41,272 nucleotides of DNA from Nemertoderma westbladi (taxonomy: Eukaryota; Animalia; Xenacoelomorpha): positions 1 through 41,272 of the forward strand of contig JAUCBJ010007393.1 in assembly GCA_032718475.1 (NCBI GenBank), read 5' to 3'. The notes beneath the pieces are model-generated. The model was not told the origin of the DNA, did no database searches, and saw nothing but the letters and a program-made list of their open reading frames with translations. Below, in pieces: positions 31,493 through 41,272 of this stretch. Both the position numbers and the translations under genes were made by a program. Positions within the stretch are counted from its first letter, which is position 1, and every line of letters starts with the position of its first letter.

Positions 31493-34400
31493 ACTACTAG
31501 GTCGAGCGAACCCGGACAGTGGACGCGACCCGGACGAGAAATTTTTTTTTTTAATTTACAGAAAATTTGAAAATTTTGCAGTCGCAGGGGGTGGTACTCC
31601 CCTTCATCCACGCTGCATTGGGTTTGGCAATAATGGATTGCATGGTGGTGACAAAATACTTTTGTTAAGCTGGCATAGCATCTCAGTGTGCAGTTTCAAT
31701 GCAGCAGGCCGATTATAGTATATAGTAGTACGTCGAGCGAACTCTAACAGTGGAAATGAGATCCTTCCAGGCTTCCCGATTCTCCAACTACTACTACTAG
31801 GCCGAGCGAACTCGGACAGTGGAAATGAGATCCTTCCAGGCTTCCCGATTCTCCAACTACTACTACTAGGCCGAGCGAACTCGGACAGTGGAAATGAGAT
31901 CCTTCCAGGCTTCCCGATTCTCCATAGTTGTCGCAATTTCGTTTGTCTCAAGTTCAGCATCCCTTTCAAGCTGGTCTATATATGTTATAGCCGGTCGTCC
32001 ACGGGTACGCTTTCCATGTTTTGGTTGCCAGAATAGTAGATCTGGTATGACCTCTTCTTTACTTCTCTAGCAGTGCCCACTGAATCCTAATCTGCGTTCA
32101 CGAAGGGTGGTTGATACAGGTGGTATTGTACCATAAAGCTCGGCGTTTGTCATGTGTTGTCTCCAGCTGATGTTTAGGGCTGCCCTTAGTAGTCTTGTAT
32201 AACAACCATCAATTCGTTGTTCAAGTGATTTAGTCAGTGTCCAGGTCTCACCCCCGTATAAAAATACACTTTCCACTGTGGCTCGAAATAATTTAGTCTT
32301 CATGTGCCTGGAGAGATATGATTTCCAGATGGTATCCATTTTTGATGAGCTACCCAAGCCTTTACTTTCCTAACTTCTATGTCCTTTTTGCTACTCTCTA
32401 TCCATGATCCAAGGTACTGGAAGTCGTCGACCTTTCTTAGTTGATTATTATCAATGGTTGTCAAGTTTCCATCAACATTAAAGGTCATGAATTCAGTCTT
32501 GGTACCATTTATATGCAATCCAACCTCCTTAGCAGCCCTCTCCACTTTATTTAGTAGAAGCTGTGCATCTGCTAGCGTATTAGAGAGCAGGGCGATGTCA
32601 TCCGCAAAGTCGGTGCCTGCGTTCTTGAAGTGTGAATCCCAGATCTTCACCCTTTGTGGCCGTCCGCATTGCGTAATCCAGCACGATTACAAATAGTAAT
32701 GGAGCTAATGTGTCACCTTGCAGTATACCAGCCAGGATTGAGAAAAACTCAGTTTCTCCATCTACTGAGAGTACCTGCGCTTCTGTGTCACAATATAACA
32801 ATCCAATGCCAGCAACAATTACTTCTGGTATTCCATAAGCTCTTAGGATTTCAAGCATTTTACCTCTATGGATGGAGTCGAATGCCTTCTTGAAGTCCAC
32901 AAAAGTCATGACAGCAGGGAGATTCTTTGACTTAATTCCTTCAATTAGTCTCCGTAGTGAAAGTATCTGAGCTACTGTTGATCCACTTGGTCGAAATCCA
33001 TTTTGGCTCTTATGCAGTAGTTTCTCTATGTAAGGTCTAATCCTATATAGAATTATTTTATTGTATATTTTGGCAGCTACCACAAGCAGGCAGATCCCAC
33101 GATAGTTTGATGGTATACCGAGCTCTCCTTTCTTGGGCAGAGGCTTTAGTTGACCTTTAGTCCAATTTGGTGGTGGCTTTTCCCCTTTTAACATCCGGTT
33201 GCAAGCATTCAATAATGGTCTGTTTAGCACTCCTGTTTTCCATACCTCTGTTGGGATTTCATCTAATCCACACGCTTTATTATTGGACATGCTTTTAATG
33301 CTTCTTTGGAGTTCGGCAGGTGCGAAGTCCCCTGTTTCTATATGTAGTGTCTTGTCATATATTTTCCTTGTAGGGCTGACCTCGATGTTTGGTGGCTGCC
33401 CAAGCAAGTTGCTGAAGTGATTTTTCCACTTCCCAACACGTTCTTCAGGACTATCGGCTTTGAGGCGCCCCTTTGCACAACTTTTCCGACCAGATAAAAC
33501 TAATTTACAGTTTGTCAGGTAAGTCTTGATTGTTGTTGTATGTGAGCAGTTGTAATTGCTTCAATTTTATCCTATATGTAGTTTTCCTGGCTGATGTTGT
33601 AGGCCAATTTAAGATCGTCCTTAGCTTTCTCAACCTTGTTAATGTTTTCGGTTGTTGGTTGTTCGGTTTTAACTTTGTAGGCTATCTTAAGATCTTCTCT
33701 CATACAAGTAACCTCAGAGTTTTGCCATGGCACATGCTGTTTTCGTTTGGGTTTCTGGGGGATATGCCTCTTAGCTGATTCCTTGTGGACTGTTATTATA
33801 TTCTGGTATATTCAATCGGTGGACTGGTCTTCATCCATTGACTGAAGTGCTTCCAAGCTGTTTTGAACTTCTAATGTGTAAGCATCCTTTACTGCATTGT
33901 CAGTTCTGAGTTTCTCCCAGTCATAGTTGATTTGCTTGCTTGTCCTGGGTTTGCTGGCTCTCAAACTGAGTCTGATCTCTGCTGTGGTCCGAACCAATTA
34001 GGTTGAACGAGCTGCATGCCTCGCAGTTGATCATGCTGTTTCTCTTAAGGATGTAATCTAGTTGTGCTTTGGTTCCATTAGGGTATTGAAAGGTCCATAG
34101 CTTCTTTTCGAATGTGTTGTTTGTTGCTATCAATTCACATTCTTCCATTAGGTCTAAAAGTAAGTACCCATTTCTGTTAGAACTGGTGTTATAGGTGTAA
34201 CCCTTGATGTCCTCTGGGCCAATTTGCGAATTCAGGTCACCAGCAATGACTTTAACATTGTTTTTCGGGATGTCCTTTATAAGTCCAGTCAGATCTTCAT
34301 AAAACTTGACTGCTTGTTCTGGCTCTGAGGTATTGGTTGGACTGTAGCAACAACTGTTGTCTTGGGATTCCCATCAAATGTTGCGATCATAACCCTGGAA

Positions 34401-35329
34401 TTTATAGATTCGATGTTGTTTAGGGTCTTAAGTGCAAATGGGCTTAGCAGAATTCCTACTCCACCAATTGATGCATTGGCCGAGTTTCTTACTGCTGAGC
34501 TTGTTACTAACGTCCATCCATTTCCAATGTCATTGTACTTCATGGCAGTGTCTTCATGACAAATCCGATGTTATTGAATGCAGATGATGTCGATGTTATA
34601 TTCCATTGCCAGAGCGACCATTTCAACCTGTTTGCTATGTGTTTTCAGCATGCGTGCGTTCAGTGTAGCAATCTTTAGAGTCTTTTTACATTTCCACAGG
34701 TTGGTTCTTCTTTCTTCTCTGTCTTCTGTTCCAGTAGCCAATTTATCGACCCCAGCCTGGTGTACCACTGAGGGACGTGGTCCTTGTTGACCCGGGCGAC
34801 AACCGTATTTCTCCTGGAGGGTTCTCATACTCAAATCTTTCAGTTGCGAGAGTAAACCGCTTGTGGTCGCAACTCCTACAAGCGTCTTCGCAGTAGGTCG
34901 CCGTTGGCTGATTATCTTCCGCTGACCTTCTCAGCATGTCTAGCCATTGGTTGATTACCTTCTGTCAATCCATGGCCTACAGCCATGGTGCCGACTGTAG
35001 AGGTCCTTTTGTTACACTCTGAACCAAGTGTGCCTCCTGGGTTAGGTTACCTAACACTGGTAGAGGAGCATCCAGTATAGACAGAGCGGGGCGTATATCA
35101 TATCTACTGCAAATGCGTATCAAGCCTTTGCCTTCAATAGTGCCCTAGGCGATATAGCCGTCAATGACTTATTTAGTTGAAGGGGCTAAAACCGACCCAC
35201 TCTTGATCAACTAAATAATAAATAGGCTACTGGTGCTTATCGGGCCTGCCCTACTGGGCTAACAGCTACAGGTAGTACCACATTACTGCCATAGTGGTAG
35301 CATGATTTGGGGACCTGACCTGACCATAC
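31493..35329 (-). mobile_element. Near full-length RTE-clade LINE, pseudogenised
   Basis: APE endonuclease fragments (IATLNAR, DIICIQ, QLDYIL, GSDH), RT (FVDFKKAFDS, GILQGD, DFADD, FQYLGS) and C-terminal LGFSGHC. (TAG)n tails. Possible degenerate TSD aattacaacaatacagtaat (31473-92) / aattactacattcagtaat (35330-48). Confidence 0.85.
31870..34834 (-). pseudogene. RTE EN-RT ORF broken by several frameshifts and stops
   Basis: The ORF-track pieces 34571-34834, 34289-34543, 33921-34148, 33812-33997, 32598-33407, 32300-32650 and 32067-32357 are consecutive parts of one protein. Confidence 0.88.
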
Positions 35330-37213
35330 AATTACTACATTCAGTAATTGTGGTTAAAAGTGAGATTAAACATATTACTTGGCTAATTGAACATCACATT
35401 GTAACATCGGAGATTAGTGTGTCTGGTATTGGAAAGTGTAATATGAAATTAGACTTACGAAGGTACTCATTGCTATAGCATTATTTGGTACTTTCAGCAT
35501 GTAGGACTTTGGTTGAGCCTCGAAGTTAGTTAACCTATGTTTACCATTTTATCCATAAAATCATTGGGTCATCACAATTTCCAATTTATACATATATTGT
35601 GACAGCAGAACTGGTTTTGCGTTAATAAATAAATATATTGCCGGAATCATGGCGTCCCTTCATAATTATTTAAGAAAATATACACGATGATTTAGTCACT
35701 GATTTTGCCATATAGATGCTAAAGATACTTATCCATATTTGCGGATGAAGGCACTGCTGTGATTGTATATGTATTGAAAGAGTAATAAGAAGGATAATGT
35801 GCAGTGGATCATGCTAATTAAGTTTAATGTATGTTGTGAAACGTGTTACTAACGGAGTTGTGTAGATGCGCGCCATACCATAAACGTGTGCTTGCGCGAC
35901 AACGCTGCCAGCCCGGTATAGATGGTTCATACAGTTAATGAAAGACTTGATGTTTCAGTAGACTATAATATGTATATTGTCCGTTGATTATAATAGATTG
36001 CCAAATATAACTTAATATTGAACTGATGTCGGATAATAACTACTACTTGTGGCTGCTAACTGACTCCACTACTTCACCCTATCTAAATGATCGCACAAAA
36101 CTAATAATGAGGTTGCAACACATAATATAGCGATACTAAATATCCACATTACTGGCCTTTCCAACCCGGCTCTCGGGGCAAATACCACACCCTGGTTTGC
36201 CATTCCACAGGGTGGGTGTCGCAGTGGGGCCCATATGAGGCCCATCACCCATATCTACTCTGGCGCACATGACCCACCATTGGCTGTGCAGCTCATCTGC
36301 TGGGTCATGCCCTGTACCCCTGCTGCCAGGTGCAGGTCGCAGTGAAGTGCACTCAGAGTGGACATGAGAACACTCTACTCCTGACCAGCCATTGGTAGAT
36401 CACCATCTGCCTGGCCAGGCCATATACCCCTGCAGCCAAGTATATGGGTCCTTAATCCAGGACCAAGGGCGTCCTTATCCCAGAACGAAGGGGGTCCTAG
36501 TTACAGGACCAGATTTGCCCTAGTAAGAGGGTCTATGCAGCTACAGGTGGCACCTCCTTTATGCTGCATGGAGGTGGCAAGTTTTCTTGATCAATGACCT
36601 AGAATACCTGACCTGACCACAGGTCAGGTATTCTTTCCAAACCTTTCCAACCCGAGGCACTGATTGGCTCAGTGTTTGTGTCAGCTGATTAATGTACAGC
36701 TACATGTAGTTACATGGGTAAGTTATGCATATTACCTACAGTATATTGCACATAAGCTCCCCGTGTGATTTAATGGTGAGGTTGTTTCCCTTACTTGGAT
36801 GATAGATTTGGTGCCGACCAACTCTACCATTGTTATTCTCGGGTTGCCAATATCTGAATTGGTTTCCCTCCGTGGCCGCTTTCCTTATTGCTAAAATTCT
36901 CCATTAGCTTTTATCCCTACGGTAACAAAACGTTATAACTGCGATGTAAAGTGATATATTATTATCCAAAGCCGACGGATGACTGAAGGAGTGTTTAACT
37001 TTTCAAATAAACTATTACTAGGACTGGAAAGGGTTAACAAAAAAGAGCTAATTACTTTCAGTTTTAATATAACTTTTGAGGAGTAACATTTCTAAGCTAT
37101 ACAATGGAATTCCATTTAATCGCATCAGTGATCTCGTTGAGAGACTTATGTGGAACCAAAATTGATACCGTGAAGGTCATGGGACTATGAGTTATCAACA
37201 AAGCTTTAACTTC

Positions 37214-38419
37214 TGTTCGCGCTTTCAGACCTTTGGCAGTTTAACCCACCAAATTAAGATGTCTTCTAGATATTAAATCGGTTTTTAGTCTATGACAAGT
37301 ATTTGATTCACTACACTAGTCGAAACCAATCTGTGCGCGACCATTCACCCGCTGGATATTCCCGGGAGATTGGGTTCGACGGTTTAATTTTATTGCTATG
37401 TAAGCCTAATGTATTATTCGACTGACAGTATTATATAATCTCTGACAATATTATTCACCTTCGGGAATATTAACAGTTCCTTTAGGACGTGGCGCTTTAT
37501 CTATATAAACAGAGTTATGACTTAAACTACTCACAACGATATGGCTTAATTATAATTCACATATATGGCGCATTCTTTAGGAATTGCTTCTTTAACAGAC
37601 TCACTCATACACAATGCTGCACAATACTGCACACTAATCTGCCAATCTTCACTGATTTTAGTCACATATAAAAGGAACACAGACTGAATCATGTAGGGTC
37701 TATCAAATAACATTAGATTCACTTCAAACCACTTTAACATAAGTCACAATCGTTTATCTGTAACCCTTCTCTCTTACCTTCGGTATATCAAGAATATTGG
37801 GTTTCGGGGTTATTTATCGTTATTCCAAATATAATAATTCATCAACCATATTATGAAGAACTGACAGTAAATAGCAGTATAAAACAACAACTGAACACTG
37901 ATTGTTATGAGTTTGCAATGTTTCAGCAGTCAGTATGTATGATCAGTTAGCAGTGATTCCATGAGTTAAAGGATATATGTCCTTATAATTAAACCTACTA
38001 GTGTAAGACTAAAAACTGAAACACGGAGGTGCCAAAAGCCGGTTCTTAGGCTCTGGGCAAAAAACATAACACTGCACTACTGAGTTTCTGTATATACCTC
38101 CAACACAGAGACAACAAACGCTCTGATTGGTCAACCTGAACAACGAGAGAACAAAGAAACAAAGAAACGTCGACGTGGCAATATCAGCTGCTAGCCGTCG
38201 TCATGGTAGCGACACTGTTTTCAAGAGTATCGAGCTTTTACGTCACAGAATTACGGATTATGTCCTCTAAAGTACAAATACAGAAGAAATAGCTTTTATG
38301 TCCGCTAAAACACCAGTACAGCAAGGACACGGCCTTTTTATGCCTGGTAAACCAACTACAGAGTATTTTACGGAAAAAATAAGGAAAAATAACCGGACAA
38401 TTCAGCAAAAGCTTTTACA
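37214..38419 (-). repeat. 3' LTR (1206 bp) of the minus-strand copy
   Basis: Minus strand reads TGTAAAAGCTTTTGC...AAAGCGCGAACA; colinear with 127-1169 + 17810-17969; flank ACTTC is the expected TSD. Confidence 0.9.
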
Positions 38420-38497
38420 CCGCTCCCAGAAAATGGGATTTAAGTCTAGAAAATATACAAAATCACAGTTTCTAAAATATAAAAATACTCTAAACAG

Positions 38498-40273
38498 TTA
38501 GTCTTTCTTACGCGGACGGCGTTTACGCAGTTTCTTGAGGTTAGCAAGAGTCCTTTTCTCTTTGGGGCGAGCCACTTTACGAGGAGGGCTGTAGCTCCTA
38601 GGCGAAGGGTGCAATATAATTGCATCAGAAGGTGCAGGGTTACGATCGGTATACCCGCCGGTCGAAGTACCTGGTTGATTAATATCAACCTCAGTGGAGT
38701 GAGGTCTAACGGCCTTTAGAGCGCGTCTTAGGACAGCAGCTCCTACGGGTCCTTGACGGGTCGTCTGGACACTAGCGGTGGGTGGACCGTGAGTGGTGAG
38801 GAACTTTCTCGGTTTAATGGTTCTCTCCAGCTCGCGTTCTCGGGTTCGATATTCATATGGGCGCCGAGATACTTCCTGGAGTTCAGGATGCGAGTTCACG
38901 AAAATGTCGCCATACTCAGGGTCCTGACGGATAAAATTAATCAGGTGATATGTGGTTATATCATTAGGGTTAACGTTTCTAAGGTATTTCCTGACAAACT
39001 TGGTGGAAATACACTCACCAACACGCTTTATTAACTCGTAACTTGGTACGCGTGTTTTCTGTTCAATCGACGCGAATAGATAAGGATGGAACGCGTAAAC
39101 TCCCTCGTAAGCTCGTCCAGGGTAATAGTGATGTCTGGATTCGCAATGTAAATCTGCGTTCGCTTCCCAAGCTCGGATGTATCGCAGGGTGATCATCTCG
39201 TCTACGCTCTCTAAATCGCGATTAAAGGGACAATTGTAACTTTCATGTCCTTTAAGTTGGCAGTAGTGACATTGAGTCATAAATTGTGGGCAGACGGCAA
39301 ATATACGAGAGTTATTAAGCCGGCAATAAGCACAATATATTTCCATCATCGGTTGTTCGAGGAAATAGGAACAAGGTACGCTCGAGTCTAGAGGAGTGAA
39401 GTGGTCTCTCGATGCGCATAATCGACAACGTTTTCGGGAAACGTAGTTGGCGTGTCGATAATCGTACGCTGTTAGACGCTGTGGATCTTGATACCACTCT
39501 ATGACATAATCATTGTCACTGTTCCGAGAAGCCGTAGGTTGAATCGCTTCGGATTCCAAGCATACTGGTTCATCCTCCAGCTGCATAGACGAAGTGGGTG
39601 CGTCAGTTTCCGTAAGTGGACCCACTGTCTGTATTTCCACGACAGAATAACCTGTAGGTATTCGGGGTCTTTGTATAACAGATGAATGTGAGTTCTGTAT
39701 ACAAACGTCTTGAAACACTGCAAATCCAGCGCTACTCAGTTTCTCCGCAGCTGAGTCTCTAAGACTGAGCTTGGTCAGCGCGCGATCCTTGAACTGACTA
39801 TCGACGTTGCGGAACGGAGTCAGAAAGCGCCGGAAACATTCGAAACGTATGAACTTATTGTGTTCGTCTAACTTGGCGAGTTTAGTTCCAAGTATTAACG
39901 GGTGAGCGCGTATGGTACGACTGCACACATCGGCTAGCCAACCGGCAAGTGCTGCGTTTTCAAAGATCGTGTATATAGCTAAGGAAGGGCGAAGGGGAAC
40001 ACTCATAAAGCTATATACGGCACCAGGCGCAGTTAATGGTCCATCAAAATATAAACGAGAGTAATGATCTCCATATACCTGCTGGTAATTTATAGGATTT
40101 CCAACTTTGAAATTCCAACCATATTCTTGAAAGGCAAGATGTCCGATGGATGTCCGTTGTACTTTAGTAATGCCACTGGGTGTATTGGCATACATCGTGC
40201 GAAAGAAACCTCGGCCTTCGGCCCAAGGAGCAATCAGCTGAGTGTCAACGAAAGGGTATGGAATGTTCTCCAT
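38498..40273 (-). CDS. Full-length accessory ORF-C (591 aa): unrecognised N-terminal domain, Cys/His cluster with CCHC knuckle, basic C-terminal tail
   Basis: Long ATG-initiated ORF with CRLCASRDH, CAYCRLNN...CP and CHYCQLKGHESYNCP (C-x2-C-x4-H-x4-C). Excess of synonymous differences versus 15561-16454. Confidence 0.85.
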   Translation of the reverse strand: MENIPYPFVDTQLIAPWAEGRGFFRTMYANTPSGITKVQRTSIGHLAFQEYGWNFKVGNPINYQQVYGDHYSRLYFDGPLTAPGAVYSFMSVPLRPSLAIYTIFENAALAGWLADVCSRTIRAHPLILGTKLAKLDEHNKFIRFECFRRFLTPFRNVDSQFKDRALTKLSLRDSAAEKLSSAGFAVFQDVCIQNSHSSVIQRPRIPTGYSVVEIQTVGPLTETDAPTSSMQLEDEPVCLESEAIQPTASRNSDNDYVIEWYQDPQRLTAYDYRHANYVSRKRCRLCASRDHFTPLDSSVPCSYFLEQPMMEIYCAYCRLNNSRIFAVCPQFMTQCHYCQLKGHESYNCPFNRDLESVDEMITLRYIRAWEANADLHCESRHHYYPGRAYEGVYAFHPYLFASIEQKTRVPSYELIKRVGECISTKFVRKYLRNVNPNDITTYHLINFIRQDPEYGDIFVNSHPELQEVSRRPYEYRTRERELERTIKPRKFLTTHGPPTASVQTTRQGPVGAAVLRRALKAVRPHSTEVDINQPGTSTGGYTDRNPAPSDAIILHPSPRSYSPPRKVARPKEKRTLANLKKLRKRRPRKKD

Positions 40274-40613
40274 GTTCCCATTGTAGGCCTAATATGTTCT
40301 CCGACAGCGATGGTAGAGCAGAGGAAAAACTATTTCGCATTCTGAAATATTCCGAAATACGATCTCAGTAGGAGGATTGTTACATTCGAGGACTATCTCC
40401 AACTGAATTTATCCCCAGTGCGATGAGGTAAACACCAGTTCAAAGATATGTTTGCCTCAGTTGTTCTACATAAGATTTATATCCCCAATCATTAAGGGAG
40501 GTGAACAACCAGATTTATGACACATAATGGTACCAGTTGTTCACAAACTATCCACTTGTCCTTTCAGTCCTTGTTTCACGGTTGTGGACTTGAGGAAATT
40601 AGGAAGTGGTTGA

Positions 40614-40925
40614 TTATCTAATCAAGAACGAGAGGATGGAAGTTGATATCATAAATATCAACAGAATATGACATGGACAGGAGGTGCGGACACCAATATT
40701 AACATCCAGATGAACAGTAAGGGCTGGAAGGTTTAGTATTCGTTTCCCGAAGCTCCGAGCGCGTTGGGAAGAGAAGGTGAGGAGATTTATTAGGATGAGG
40801 TATGATCCATACCACGATACCACTATGATTGGTCGATCGATGAAGGGAGTAAAGAGGAGGAAGGATATAGGGTAGTATCCATAAGACACCACAATGGACA
40901 AGTTTTCCATCACGTCATCATTCAT
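40614..40925 (-). CDS. Possible small hydrophobic accessory ORF-B (103 aa)
   Basis: ATG ORF on the element's sense strand between ORF-A and ORF-C, preceded by a pyrimidine tract and AG. No second copy is available for comparison. Confidence 0.25.
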   Translation of the reverse strand: MNDDVMENLSIVVSYGYYPISFLLFTPFIDRPIIVVSWYGSYLILINLLTFSSQRARSFGKRILNLPALTVHLDVNIGVRTSCPCHILLIFMISTSILSFLIR

Positions 40926-41106
40926 TCTTGTCTTTTAATTGTGACACTGATCACAATAATTACAGGAAAACGATGAAGGAAGAGAAATTTACAGCCTCCC
41001 GAAGGAGACCGCCCGCGAGCACCCGTGCCCCGGGGAAAACTATTCACATTATGGACCCTGGACATTAACATATGTCTCTTCTCCAGTGGTTCGCCTATAT
41101 TTGTCT

Positions 41107-41272
41107 TTACAAGCCTTCTTCCACGTTCTTTCTTTCGAGTTTGTTTCGAATAGAGTTCTCGTGTTCTATTCTCGATTTACCGTTTCGACTCCGCTGGGTA
41201 TGATATTTAAATAAAACCATTTCCCTTTCGGTGTCTACATCGTCCGTATCGTGTAAATCGATAGGATGACCA
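41107..41272 (-). CDS. C-terminal end of accessory ORF-A (partial; not in the ORF track)
   Basis: Translates GHPIDLHDTDDVDTEREMVLFKYHTQRSRNGKSRIEHENSIRNKLERKNVEEGL*, matching 15006-15404. Confidence 0.8.
   Translation of the reverse strand, partial: GHPIDLHDTDDVDTEREMVLFKYHTQRSRNGKSRIEHENSIRNKLERKNVEEGL

Larger units (their letters stand above)
37214..41272 (-). mobile_element. 3' portion of another member of the same LTR family (runs off the window)
   Basis: The LTR, purine tract and accessory ORFs are homologous to 15240-17804. Confidence 0.9.

Noticed and set aside
38498-40273. env gene or nanos orthologue
   Set aside because: No signal peptide or TM helix. CxxCxxNN...CP resembles Nanos superficially, but the Cys/His spacing is much shorter, knuckle-like.

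Overview
Repeat-dense, AT-rich eukaryotic (animal, probably invertebrate) DNA. No prokaryotic operon, rRNA, intact tRNA or CRISPR array is present. The window is dominated by four members of one LTR-retrotransposon family whose Gag/protease is BEL/Pao-type. (i) A bounded, very young copy spans 1170-17804 (TGTA...TACA LTRs, TSD AATTG). It keeps Gag and protease but has lost RT, most of RNase H and integrase. (ii) It sits antisense inside the 5' LTR of an older relative (127-1169 + 17810-17969). (iii) A third relative ends at 49, inside the older copy's leader. (iv) The 3' end of a fourth lies at 37214-41272 (minus strand). The most unusual features of the family are a cassette of conserved accessory ORFs in the env position and the absence of a tRNA primer-binding site. 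The cassette includes a 591-aa zinc-knuckle protein with a basic C-terminal tail and no signal peptide or TM helix. The PBS position instead holds an 11-nt sequence complementary to a site in the LTR, plus a conserved hairpin. Also present are an intact pogo-like DD35D transposon with a PHD finger (3079-7598), a piggyBac-type MITE, two RTE LINE copies, a tRNA-derived SINE-like head and two satellites. A candidate host gene is built from symmetric phase-1 micro-exons (36, 24, 18 and possibly 6 nt) and ends in a Pro/Gly-rich exon. All calls were made by eye; no database search was run.
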